Shown here one piece after another: positions 17,842 through 27,294 of a stretch of 32,000 nt of DNA. Each line of letters opens with the position of its first letter. The stretch's first letter is position 1. Origin of the DNA: Nostoc sp. PCC 7120 = FACHB-418 (GTDB taxonomy: Bacteria; Cyanobacteriota; Cyanobacteriia; Cyanobacteriales; Nostocaceae); NCBI RefSeq assembly GCF_000009705.1, contig NC_003272.1, positions 4,350,001-4,382,000 of the forward strand, given 5' to 3'. Position numbers and translations under genes: made by a program. Under the pieces are notes generated by a model. It made no database searches. It had not been told where the DNA came from and was given only the letters and a program-made list of their open reading frames with translations.

Positions 17842-18000
17842 CTTTGGTTTTGATGAGTCAGATTAACCCAGCAGAGGCAGGGAGTATGAGGAAATGCCAC
17901 TCAGCTAACCTTTTACTCCTATGAATCCTGTGCTTGCTAAACCCAAATTAGAAAATATCTGCTCAAAGTACAAGTATTTTAGTCACGAATCACGACCAAA

Positions 18001-18318
18001 TTATTTTTGAGGATAATCAGGAGGTAAGACTATTTTTCTAATTTGGTTAAGCATATCTGCCATGCGTAGTATATGTGTCACATAGTTTGGTCTCCTGTCA
18101 AAGTTTTGTCCCCAATTTCCTATAGTTCTCTCACTTAGCCCGGTTGCTTCAGCTAAAGCAGCAATACAGGCTTTTCTGTATCCCCTTTCTTCAGAGGACA
18201 ACTCAACCCATCGTTGGCAATATTCCAAAGGCTCCAAAGGCTCCTCACTGAGCGCATCGATTCTATATTGAGTTGTCTGGGGATTACTGTCTATTACTCG
18301 GTTTATTCTTAATTGCAC
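18001..18318 (-). CDS. Small HTH-containing protein (paralog 2)
   Basis: 105 aa, paralog of 17527-17841. It is flanked by AGTCACGA(A/T)T motifs at about 17981, 18330 (inverted) and 18355. Confidence 0.6.
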   Translation of the reverse strand: MQLRINRVIDSNPQTTQYRIDALSEEPLEPLEYCQRWVELSSEERGYRKACIAALAEATGLSERTIGNWGQNFDRRPNYVTHILRMADMLNQIRKIVLPPDYPQK

Positions 18319-18408
18319 AATAACTCATGAATCGTGACTAGTTCAAAAATATTATGAGTCACGATTTGTGTAAAAAACACTGCAATGCCTGCGGCGGGCT
18401 ACGCCAAC

Positions 18409-18470
18409 GCATTCATCAACAATTCAGGGGCAATCTTCAAAGCTTTAGTAGCTAATTTGACGTTAAATAT
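18409..18470 (+). other. Relic of a second cvkR 3' end (last ~16 codons plus downstream sequence)
   Basis: By my manual alignment, about 54 of 62 positions are identical to 15433-15494. The frame and stop are preserved: RIHQQFRGNLQSFSS* against RIHQQLRENLKSFSS*. Weaker similarity continues about 25 bp further (TGTGGCTGCCA against TGTGGTTGCCA). Confidence 0.6.
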
Positions 18471-18582
18471 GTTAAGTTCTGTGGCTGCCATCTGGGAAAA
18501 TTATAGTTTTATACTTAACAACAGCAAATGAGAAAGCGTAGAATTATACCAAGCATCCTCTTAACCGAAAGCCGACCCTTTT

Positions 18583-20913
18583 ATGTCAGAAGTAATTGAC
18601 AAGAAATCTTTGAGTGAACGTGATATCTGTACAAAGTTTATTACACCTGCTTTAACTAATCGGGGATGGAATATCAGCACTCAGATTCGTGAGGAAGTGA
18701 CGCTGACAAAAGGTAGGGTGATTGTTAGGGGTAAGCTTACTAGTCGAGGTGAGCAGAAACGCGCTGATTATGTGCTGTATCACAAACCGGGTGTACCACT
18801 GGCTGTGATTGAAGCTAAAGATAATAATCACAGTGTCAGTGCGGGAATGCAGCAAGCGATCGCAACTGGTGAACTAATTGATGTACCATTCATCTTTAGC
18901 TCGAATGGCGACGCTTTTATGATGTGTGACTGTACAGTCACCGAAGGACAGCGAGAACGGGAAATTCCCCTCAATCAGTTCCCGACACCGGAAGAACTTT
19001 GGCAAAAATACTGCGATTGGAAGGGAATTGACTTACATATTCAGCCGATTGTGGCTCAAGATTATTATCCTAGTCCTGATAAAAAACAGCCACGCTATTA
19101 TCAACAGATTGCCATTAACCGGACAATTGAGGCGATCGCTAAAGGAGAAAACCGCATTCTGTTAGTGATGGCGACGGGTACGGGTAAGACTTTTACAGCT
19201 TTTCAGATTATCTGGCGGTTGTGGAAGTCAGGGGCGAAAAAGCGTATTCTGTTCTTGGCAGACCGCAACATTTTGGTTGATCAAACTAGAGTTAATGACT
19301 TTAAACCCTTTGGCTCAAAAATGACCAAAATTAAGCAGCGACAGATAGATACATCTTACGAGATTTATCTATGTCTGTATCAGGCGGTAACGGGAAATGA
19401 AGAGGCGAAAAACATTTATCGGCAGTTTTCACCAGGTTTTTTTGACTTAATTATTATAGATGAGTGCCATCGGGGAAGCGCGTCTGAAGATTCGGCATGG
19501 CGAGATATTTTGGCATATTTTAGCAGTGCAACGCAGATTGGCTTGACTGCTACCCCAAGGGAAACAGAAGAAGTTTCTAATAGTCTTTATTTTGGCGATT
19601 CAATTTTTACCTATTCGCTCAAACAAGGGATTGAAGATGGCTTTTTAGCTCCCTATAAAGTTATTCGCATTGACTTTGATACAGATTTGAGTGGCTGGAA
19701 ACCGAAGCCAGGACAAAGAGATAAATATGGTAAAGAAATTCCTGACCAAGTATTTAATCAGCGAGATTTTGATAGAACTCTGGTTTTAGAGAAGCGTACC
19801 GAGTTAGTCGCGCGGATTATTTCTGATTATCTCAAATCAAGCGATCGCTTTGCCAAAACTATCGTTTTTTGTGAGACGACTGACCACGCAGAACGGATGC
19901 GGGTGGCGTTGGTGAATGAGAATGCTGATTTGATGGCGGAGAATAGCCGCTACATTATGCGAATTACTGGGGATGATGCTCAGGGTAAAGCAGAATTAGA
20001 TAATTTCATTGACCCTGAAAGTAAATATCCTACGATTGTTACTACCTCTGAGTTACTGACGACTGGCGTTGATGCTAAAACTTGCAAGTTGATTGTTTTA
20101 GACCAGCGCATCCTGTCTATGACTAAATTTAAGCAAATTGTTGGTCGCGGTACGCGCATTGATGAAGACTATGGCAAAATGTTCTTCACCATTATCGATT
20201 TTAAGAAAGCAACACAGTTATTTGCTGACCCTGAGTTTGATGGTGAACCTGTACAAATTTATCAGCCCAAACCAGTTGATCCAATTGTTCCACCCGATAA
20301 TGGAGACGATGAGGTAATCATTGATGGTGAGATTACCCGCAAGCAAAAGCGGGAGAAGTATGTAATTGCAGACGAAGAGGTGTCTGTTGCTTTTATTCGT
20401 GAGCAGTACCACGGTAAGGACGGTAAGCTGATTACGGAATCGATTAAAGACTATACTCGCAAAACAGTTAGTCAGGAGTACGCCTCATTAGATGCTTTCT
20501 TGAAGAAATGGCACTCTACCGAACAAAAGCAGGCTATTATCCAAGAGCTACAGGAATTGGGTGTACCTTTGGAAGCGTTAGAAAAAGAGATTGGCAAGGG
20601 TTTTGACCCATTAGACTTGATTTGTCATGTTGTCTTTGACCAACCGCCACTAACACGGAAAGAAAGGGCGAACAATGTCCGCAAGCGTAATTATTTTAGC
20701 AAGTATAGTGAACAGGCTCGTAAGGTAATAGATGCGCTTTTGGATAAATATGCGGATGAAGGGATTGAAGATATTGAAAAATTGGATGTGCTGAAGGTTC
20801 ATCCTTTTGATAAAGTGGGTACACCAATAGAAATTATTCAGCTTTTTGGCAGTAGAAAAGAATATCTTAATGTACTTCAGCAGCTAAAAACGCAACTTTA
20901 TGAGATAGCCTAG
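18583..20913 (+). CDS. hsdR: Type I restriction enzyme, R subunit (HsdR)
   Basis: N-terminal PD-(D/E)xK nuclease region (ADYVLY...AVIEAKD) and SF2 helicase motifs (VMATGTGKT, IIDECHR, GLTATP, TTGVD, QIVGRGTR). Confidence 0.9.
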   Translation: MSEVIDKKSLSERDICTKFITPALTNRGWNISTQIREEVTLTKGRVIVRGKLTSRGEQKRADYVLYHKPGVPLAVIEAKDNNHSVSAGMQQAIATGELIDVPFIFSSNGDAFMMCDCTVTEGQREREIPLNQFPTPEELWQKYCDWKGIDLHIQPIVAQDYYPSPDKKQPRYYQQIAINRTIEAIAKGENRILLVMATGTGKTFTAFQIIWRLWKSGAKKRILFLADRNILVDQTRVNDFKPFGSKMTKIKQRQIDTSYEIYLCLYQAVTGNEEAKNIYRQFSPGFFDLIIIDECHRGSASEDSAWRDILAYFSSATQIGLTATPRETEEVSNSLYFGDSIFTYSLKQGIEDGFLAPYKVIRIDFDTDLSGWKPKPGQRDKYGKEIPDQVFNQRDFDRTLVLEKRTELVARIISDYLKSSDRFAKTIVFCETTDHAERMRVALVNENADLMAENSRYIMRITGDDAQGKAELDNFIDPESKYPTIVTTSELLTTGVDAKTCKLIVLDQRILSMTKFKQIVGRGTRIDEDYGKMFFTIIDFKKATQLFADPEFDGEPVQIYQPKPVDPIVPPDNGDDEVIIDGEITRKQKREKYVIADEEVSVAFIREQYHGKDGKLITESIKDYTRKTVSQEYASLDAFLKKWHSTEQKQAIIQELQELGVPLEALEKEIGKGFDPLDLICHVVFDQPPLTRKERANNVRKRNYFSKYSEQARKVIDALLDKYADEGIEDIEKLDVLKVHPFDKVGTPIEIIQLFGSRKEYLNVLQQLKTQLYEIA

Positions 20914-20938
20914 TTAATCATCTTTAAATTTGTTTTGT

Positions 20939-21931
20939 ATGGACGATCCAATAAAATACATTGACTCATCTATTAAAGGTTTACAGGATAAACTATCTAC
21001 ATCTAATTCGGTGTTAGATATTGAAGTACAGGCAGAACTTTCTCATATTTTATCTATCTACCGACGATTAAAAACTGCTTTTTTAATTGCCAAGGTTCAA
21101 GATAACAAAAATAAGCTAGAACATATTGAAGCAATAGCGCCTAATCTTAATTTGGCAATTTCTGCATTACAAGTAAATTCTAACAAGGTTTTGGCAAGGA
21201 ACATTAGGCGAGATGCAGAATACTTCATACGGAGAATTGAAAATCCTGTCACTGCATTTTTCGTGAATAATTTCTTTAAATTTCTTTATTCTACAGAAAC
21301 TCATACAAAAGTAGTTATCGGTCTGTTTTTAGCTTTACCTATTCATCTATTAGCACCGATTGTTTTAGCATATATACTTAGTACATCCAATCTTTATTTA
21401 AAACCTTTATTTAAAGAACAATTAACAAAGCCCATATCTTCAGAAAATTTAGTAGAAGCACAAAAGCCAGAAGTAAAAACTCAAATAAAGTTGACAGAAT
21501 ATGAGTTTTATGAGGCATCCGTGCTGCTGGTATTATCAGCAATGTCAGGAGCGACTGGTAGTGTTGTAAGTATTATGTTGAGGCTGGATCAATATGGCAA
21601 TCCACGGTATAAAGAAACCTTACTTCCTATATTTGTGGGAGCATTCAAGCCAGCAATTGGGGCATTTTTAGGGATTTTTGTTTTTGCTCTCATCAATTCT
21701 ACACTTCTGCCTATTACAATTTCTAAAGATGAGGAAAAGCCAATTAATAGATGGTTGGCGTTTTTAGCAATTACTTTTGTTGTGGGCTTTAGTGAAAGAC
21801 TAGCAAATGATGTTGTTAGTCAAGCAGAAAGAATTGTACCAGGGAGAGGTGCTTCACAGGAAAAAAGCGAAACTTCTGCATCACAATTATCTGCACCTAC
21901 AGAAGAAGATAAAGAAAACGATAAAAGTTAA
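20939..21931 (+). CDS. Uncharacterised membrane protein (soluble N-domain plus ~4 TM helices) inside the type I R-M operon
   Basis: The ORF lies between hsdR and hsdM with 25-bp and 7-bp gaps. TM segments include VVIGLFLALPIHLLAPIVLAYIL, ASVLLVLSAMSGATGSVVSIML, LLPIFVGAFKPAIGAFLGIFVFALI and WLAFLAITFVVGF. I recognise no family. Confidence 0.6.
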   Translation: MDDPIKYIDSSIKGLQDKLSTSNSVLDIEVQAELSHILSIYRRLKTAFLIAKVQDNKNKLEHIEAIAPNLNLAISALQVNSNKVLARNIRRDAEYFIRRIENPVTAFFVNNFFKFLYSTETHTKVVIGLFLALPIHLLAPIVLAYILSTSNLYLKPLFKEQLTKPISSENLVEAQKPEVKTQIKLTEYEFYEASVLLVLSAMSGATGSVVSIMLRLDQYGNPRYKETLLPIFVGAFKPAIGAFLGIFVFALINSTLLPITISKDEEKPINRWLAFLAITFVVGFSERLANDVVSQAERIVPGRGASQEKSETSASQLSAPTEEDKENDKS

Positions 21932-21938
21932 GTAAGCA

Positions 21939-23393
21939 ATGTCAATTAGCACTACAATTAAGACTATTCAAGATATCATGCGGAAAGATGCGGGCGTTGA
22001 TGGTGACGCGCAACGCATTAACCAGTTAGTTTGGATGATATTCCTCAAGGTTTTTGATGCCCGTGAAGAAGAATATGAACTGTTAGAAGATAATTATAAA
22101 TCTCCCATTCCTGAAGGTTTGCGTTGGCGGAACTGGGCAGCAGATTCCGAAGGTATCACAGGAGATGGTTTACTAGATTTTGTAGATAATGCTTTATTTA
22201 AAACCCTTAAAGAACTAAGAACTACGGCAACTGATGCCCGTGGGCAGATGATTGGTAAGGTGTTTGAGGATGCCTACAACTATATGAAAAATGGCACTCT
22301 CATCCGCCAAGTAATTAATAAGCTCAATGAAGTTGATTTTAATAAAAAAGACCAGAAAAAACAGTTTAGCGAAATTTACGAGAAGATTCTCAAAGATTTG
22401 CAGAGTGCGGGGAATGCCGGAGAATATTATACTCCCCGTGCGGTGACAAAGTTTATTGTAGATAGAATTAAGCCGCAATTAGGGGAAATTGTATTTGACC
22501 CTGCTTGCGGTACAGGTGGCTTTTTAACCGCAGCAATTGATTACATTCGCCAACATTTTCAAAGTGCTGATGTGCCAGAAATTCTGCAACGGACGATTCG
22601 CGGAACTGAGAAAAAGCCGTTACCTTATAACCTGTGCATAACGAATTTGATTTTACATGGTATTGATGTGCCAGAAGCAGAACATGATAATACTTTGGCA
22701 CGACCATTGCGCGATTACAGTCCTCACGAACGGGTGGATGTAATTATCACTAATCCGCCTTTTGGTGGGATGGAAGAAGATGGAATTGAGGACAATTTCC
22801 CAGCTACCTTCCGCACCAGAGAAACGGCAGATTTATTTCTGGTGCTGATTGCTCATTTACTCAAGGAAGGCGGTAGAGGTGCAATAGTTTTACCAGATGG
22901 TACGCTGTTTGGCGAAGGTGTAAAAACGCGGATTAAAGAAAAACTCCTGCAAGATTGCAATCTGCATACAATTGTGCGCTTACCAAATGGCGTATTTAAT
23001 CCCTACACAGGTATTAAAACTAATCTGCTATTTTTCACTAAAGGGGAACCCACAGAAACGATTTGGTATTATGAACACCCTTACCCAGCAGGTTATAAGT
23101 CATACTCGAAAACTAAGCCGATTCGCTTTGAGGAGTTTGCACCGGAGCAAGAATGGTGGGATAACCGCGAGGAAAATGAATTTGCTTGGAAAGTTTCAAT
23201 TGCAGATTTGAAGGCGAATAATTACAACCTAGATATTAAAAATCCTCACAAAGTTGATGTAGAACACGCTGATTTAGATGAAATGTTAGCAGATCATCAA
23301 AAACTTATGGCTGAATTGGGTGAGGTGCGGAGTAAATTGAAATTTGAGTTGATAGAAGCGTTGAATGATCAAGTTGATAAAACTATAGAATAG
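21939..23393 (+). CDS. hsdM: Type I R-M N6-adenine DNA methyltransferase (HsdM)
   Basis: HsdM N-terminal domain, AdoMet motif I (VFDPACGTGGFL) and motif IV (IITNPPFGG). Confidence 0.9.
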   Translation: MSISTTIKTIQDIMRKDAGVDGDAQRINQLVWMIFLKVFDAREEEYELLEDNYKSPIPEGLRWRNWAADSEGITGDGLLDFVDNALFKTLKELRTTATDARGQMIGKVFEDAYNYMKNGTLIRQVINKLNEVDFNKKDQKKQFSEIYEKILKDLQSAGNAGEYYTPRAVTKFIVDRIKPQLGEIVFDPACGTGGFLTAAIDYIRQHFQSADVPEILQRTIRGTEKKPLPYNLCITNLILHGIDVPEAEHDNTLARPLRDYSPHERVDVIITNPPFGGMEEDGIEDNFPATFRTRETADLFLVLIAHLLKEGGRGAIVLPDGTLFGEGVKTRIKEKLLQDCNLHTIVRLPNGVFNPYTGIKTNLLFFTKGEPTETIWYYEHPYPAGYKSYSKTKPIRFEEFAPEQEWWDNREENEFAWKVSIADLKANNYNLDIKNPHKVDVEHADLDEMLADHQKLMAELGEVRSKLKFELIEALNDQVDKTIE

Positions 23394-23435
23394 TAGATAG
23401 AAACAAAATATCTTAAAATATATGGAGATTAGATT

Positions 23436-23660
23436 ATGCAGATGGAAGTAGTAGAATTTCAAGGTATTGTCAAAGATGGTGTAATTCAAATTCCTGAAAT
23501 TTATAAAGGAGAGCTAGATGGAGAATCTGTCAAAGTAATTGTTATGAAAAAAGTTAGAAAAACAGCAGCAGTAGATATTATTGCTGAACTCATCGAGCAT
23601 CCGGTGGAGTTTGAATGGCCTCCTTTGAACCGAGAAGAGATTTATGACCGCAATTCATGA
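23436..23660 (+). CDS. Putative antitoxin (AbrB/SpoVT-like) of a VapBC-type pair
   Basis: This 74-aa ORF overlaps the downstream PIN gene by 17 bp. Its N-terminus resembles a swapped-hairpin domain (GIVKDGVIQIPEIYKGEL). Confidence 0.55.
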   Translation: MQMEVVEFQGIVKDGVIQIPEIYKGELDGESVKVIVMKKVRKTAAVDIIAELIEHPVEFEWPPLNREEIYDRNS

Positions 23661-24066
23661 AAATGGCTATTTTCTAGATTCTAATATCTGGATTTATGCT
23701 CTAGCGAACAATCAAGATATTAACAAACGCAATATAGCTTGTCGTCTAATTGATGCTGAAGGAGTAATCATTAGTACACAAGTTATTAATGAAGTCTGTC
23801 TAAATCTAATTAAAAAATCTTCTTTCACTGAGCAACAAATAACACAGTTAATCGAGGCATTTTATAAAGGTTCTCACATCATTTCATTTAATCGTGATAT
23901 TTTGGTGAACTCTTCTAATCTTCGCAGTAGATATAAGTTGTCTTTTTGGGATAGTTTAATTGTTGCTTGTGCTTTAGCTGCGGGAGCAAGTATTCTCTAT
24001 TCTGAAGATATGCAGGATGGGTTAGTGGTAGATAGTCAATTACAAATTGTGAATCCGTTTAAATGA
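23644..24066 (+). CDS. PIN-domain toxin (VapC-like)
   Basis: Acidic PIN residues fall in the expected contexts (FLDSNIWIYAL; VINEV; FWDSLIVACA; SEDMQDG). Its stop overlaps the hsdS ATG (ATGA). Confidence 0.8.
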   Translation: MTAIHENGYFLDSNIWIYALANNQDINKRNIACRLIDAEGVIISTQVINEVCLNLIKKSSFTEQQITQLIEAFYKGSHIISFNRDILVNSSNLRSRYKLSFWDSLIVACALAAGASILYSEDMQDGLVVDSQLQIVNPFK

Positions 24067-24476
24067 AAGTAGATACATTTTTTCAAAATTTTGAATTGTT
24101 AACTGATGCGCCAAATGCAGTAGTAAAGCTGCGTGATTTGATTCTACAATTAGCTGTGAGAGGTAAACTTGTTTTCCAAAATAATAACGATGAACCAGCT
24201 AAAATATTGCTAAATAGAATTAAAGCCGAAAAGCAGGAAACATATTCCCAAAAAAGGGTGAAAACTATTAAATCTTTACCCCCGATTTGTGAACATGAAA
24301 CTCATTTTAAAAAGCCTCAAAATTGGGAATGGTGTCGTTTAGGAGATATTATTCATATTTCTTCTGGTAACTATCTTCCATCACACAAAATGGCAGATGA
24401 TGGACAAATACCTGTCTACGGTGGAAATGGTATTACAGGGTATCATGATCAAAATAATATTAATAAGCCTACTTTA

Positions 24477-25503
24477 CGCCATGTGCGACTTAATATTCTG
24501 TAACAAGATCGTCGAACTGAAGAGGGTCACAATTGTGGCGATTAAGCCAGAAACAGACGGTATGAGCTAAAATCTTGCGATTGAGCCGACTGGTAAGATG
24601 CCACATATCTCTCGCTCGAATCTTCTCTATATGAAATCTCTCAACTAATTGACCAATTACTGTTTCAATTAGGCGACGAAAGCGTTGCATTAATCGCACT
24701 GAAGATCGGCTACGAGAGTCAGACATATTAGAACGCAAAGGGGTTTGTAAAGTAATACCCACTTCTTTAAGTTCTCCTGACAAGAACTGACTTAAATAGC
24801 CCTTATCTCCGATTAATAAACCTTTAATTCGCGTGATTAAATCCCAAAGTGCGTCCCGTTCACTGCCATTTGCCGGAGTCAGGGTAAACCCACTAATAAC
24901 TCCTGTGCCACTAACGATTAAATGCCCATGAAACCCATAGTACGTCTGTTTTTTAGCAGCACAAAAACCATAATCTGCAAGGGATTTAAAACTTCGGCAG
25001 TTGGGAGCGCGACTCAAGCCACACAAAGGTATTGGTAATCCATCAATCAAATGAAGTTGATCAGAGTATGCTCCTAAATACTGTGCTAATTTTTGTTGTA
25101 TGAGTTCCTTGTACTGCCAACAATTAGCTGCTTGACGAATAAAAGCATAGCGACTCTTTAACTGAGGAAATAGCCCTAACCAGTGACGGTGAAAGTATTT
25201 CCAAATGTCTTTGTCAGCATCTATTCCCAAAAACTCTGCCACTACTTCCATTGTTAAAACTTCACTCTCCCTTAAACTCGGAGCAAAACCTCGTCTCTTG
25301 ATTGGGTATATCTGGGTGATTTCCATCAGCACGTCGTCAACACAGCAAAATACGGCAATGATAAACTCTTCAATAGAAAACATTTTTCCCGCATTCCATT
25401 CACTGGTAACGATTTTCTCGCTCCAGTGCGGATTGTGGGAATTTTCTTTTCAATCGTTCATACACCGAACTTGTGTAACGAAACAATAAGTCGCACATCG
25501 CGT
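24477..25503 (-). mobile_element. IS982-like insertion sequence (~1.03 kb) inside hsdS
   Basis: Inverted ends are CGCCATGTGCGACTTAAT... (24477 onward) and the reverse complement of 25503 downward, ACGCGATGTGCGACTTATT.... The flanking direct repeat TACTTTA is at 24470-24476 and 25504-25510 (the boundary is ambiguous by 1 bp). It carries a single transposase ORF. Confidence 0.8.
24490..25383 (-). CDS. IS982-family DDE transposase
   Basis: 297 aa with FCCVDD near the N-terminus, IDGLPIPLC, YGFCAAKKQTYYGFHGHL and LIGDKGY. I associate these with IS982-type enzymes; the family call is from memory. Confidence 0.8.
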   Translation of the reverse strand: MFSIEEFIIAVFCCVDDVLMEITQIYPIKRRGFAPSLRESEVLTMEVVAEFLGIDADKDIWKYFHRHWLGLFPQLKSRYAFIRQAANCWQYKELIQQKLAQYLGAYSDQLHLIDGLPIPLCGLSRAPNCRSFKSLADYGFCAAKKQTYYGFHGHLIVSGTGVISGFTLTPANGSERDALWDLITRIKGLLIGDKGYLSQFLSGELKEVGITLQTPLRSNMSDSRSRSSVRLMQRFRRLIETVIGQLVERFHIEKIRARDMWHLTSRLNRKILAHTVCFWLNRHNCDPLQFDDLVTEY

Positions 25504-26789
25504 TACTTTAGTAATTGGTAGAGTTGGCTATTATTGTGGCAGCATTCACATAACTCCGAATTCTGCTTGGATTACAGATAACGCGTTCGTAACCTATTTC
25601 TCAGAATCAAATATATACATTCGCTTTTTATATTGGCTTTTGAAGGCAACAAATCTTCAAGAAAATAATAATGCTACTGCACAACCTGTGATTTCTGGAG
25701 GTAAAGTATATCCCATCGTTGTTTGCTTACCACCACTTACAGAACAAAAACGTATTGTAGAGAAGTGCGATCGCCTGCTCTCAACCTGCGACGAAATCGA
25801 AAAACGCCAGCAGCAAAGGCAACAGAGCATTTTGAGGATGAATGAGAGTGCGATCGCTCAACTCCTCTCCTCCCAAAATTCCGACGAATTCCGCCAACAC
25901 TGGCGGCGCATTTGCAATAATTTTGACCTACTCTACAGCATCCCTGAAACAATTCCTAAACTGCGTCAGGCGATTTTGCAATTGGCTGTGCAGGGTAAAC
26001 TTGTGCGTCAAGATCCAAATGATGAACCTGCCAGTTTGTTGCTTGAAAAAATAAAGGTTAAAAAGGAAAAGCTGATTCAAGACAAGAAGCTTAAAGAGAC
26101 TCCATTATTACCTGCAATTACTCAAAATGAAATAGAGTACACGATACCAAATACATGGTGTTGGGCAAGGTTAGCTAATATTTGTGAGTTTATAACAGAT
26201 GGAACTCACTATACACCCAAGTATACCGAGCATGGGCGAATATTCTTATCATCTCAAAACGTTAAACCTTTTTCTTTCATGCCAAACAATCATAAGTTTG
26301 TTTCTGAAGAAGCATATCAAGGCTATATCAAAAATCGAAAACCAGAATTTGAAGATATACTTTTGACACGAGTTGGTGCTGGAATTGGAGAAGCTGCTGT
26401 TATAGATCAAAAATTAGAATTTGCAATTTATGTAAGTTTAGGATTGCTACGTCCATTCAAAGAATTCATAGATCCTTATTATTTAGTAATCTGGCTTAAC
26501 TCTCCGATAGGCACTAAACATTCTCAGAAAAATACCTATGGAAAAGGTGTTTCACAGGGTAATTTGAATTTAGGATTAATCCGAGGATTTGTTGTGTCTG
26601 TTCCACCACTTGCAGAACAAAAACGGATTGTAGAGAAGTGCGATCGCCTGATGTTCCTCTGCGATACCCTAGAAGCCAAATTGAAACAAGGGCGAGACAG
26701 CAGCGAGAAACTGATGGAAGTCGCAGCAAGGCAAGTGTTGGCGGTATAGGAATAGATTAGTTGTAGCGAAATTTCCTACTACCTCTTAT

Positions 26790-27194
26790 TCAGTTGTGAA
26801 TTGACAAAACCCCTGTAACCAACCATGACTGGATAACGATACCAATATAAGCAACCCATCCTACAAAAGTAACTATAGGAACAATTGTTTTAATTTGGTT
26901 AATCGTCTCTGTAATCAGCATAGGCATCACCTTCTCTTTTTTCATTTTTGAACTGAACAATAGGTACAGAAGGCTGCATACTAAACTGATAATAAAAGTC
27001 GCACCTCCAATCATGTCGCGGAATTGAACCGCAAGGGTTGTCCCAAAATCTGTATATTTTGTATTTTTTGAATTATAAGCTATAAGAAAATTTGTTAGGG
27101 GTGAGTTTTTGCTACTTGACCTTTTCTCCAAATTTTGTAAAGCAACAACACAAGACAGCATGAAATATGGTGGCAAAATGAATACCTTTGCCAA
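26790..27194 (-). CDS. Hypothetical small membrane protein
   Basis: 134-aa AT-rich ORF with 3-4 hydrophobic segments and no recognisable family. It could be spurious. Confidence 0.35.
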   Translation of the reverse strand: MAKVFILPPYFMLSCVVALQNLEKRSSSKNSPLTNFLIAYNSKNTKYTDFGTTLAVQFRDMIGGATFIISLVCSLLYLLFSSKMKKEKVMPMLITETINQIKTIVPIVTFVGWVAYIGIVIQSWLVTGVLSIHN

Positions 27195-27294
27195 TGGCTG
27201 AAATTCCTCTTAGTAGCGATTACCACTGTTAATATTGATTAACAGATTCTACCCAAATGAGTCTGGGTATATTTTGGTAGTTTGAGGATTCAGG

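Larger units (their letters stand above)
24063..26749 (+). pseudogene. hsdS: Type I R-M specificity subunit (HsdS), split by an IS insertion
   Basis: The 5' fragment (24063-24476) ends ...NINKPTL. The reading frame resumes at 25511 as VIGRVGYYCGSIHITPNSAWITDNAFV... through 26749. Removing 24477-25510 joins cct act tta | gta att ggt in frame, giving about 550 aa. Duplicated conserved regions are present (PPL.EQKRIVEKCDRL x2; LR..ILQLAV.GKLV...NDEPA x2). Confidence 0.85.

Noticed and set aside
17523-17900. 125-aa ORF overlapping the 17527-17841 ORF in another frame
   Set aside because: The 104-aa frame has a clear paralog at 18001-18318. The alternative frame has none.
25205-25489. 94-aa plus-strand ORF inside the IS982-like element
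   Set aside because: It lies antisense to the transposase gene, has low-complexity Ser/Ile-rich content, and no function is known for such an ORF in this IS family.
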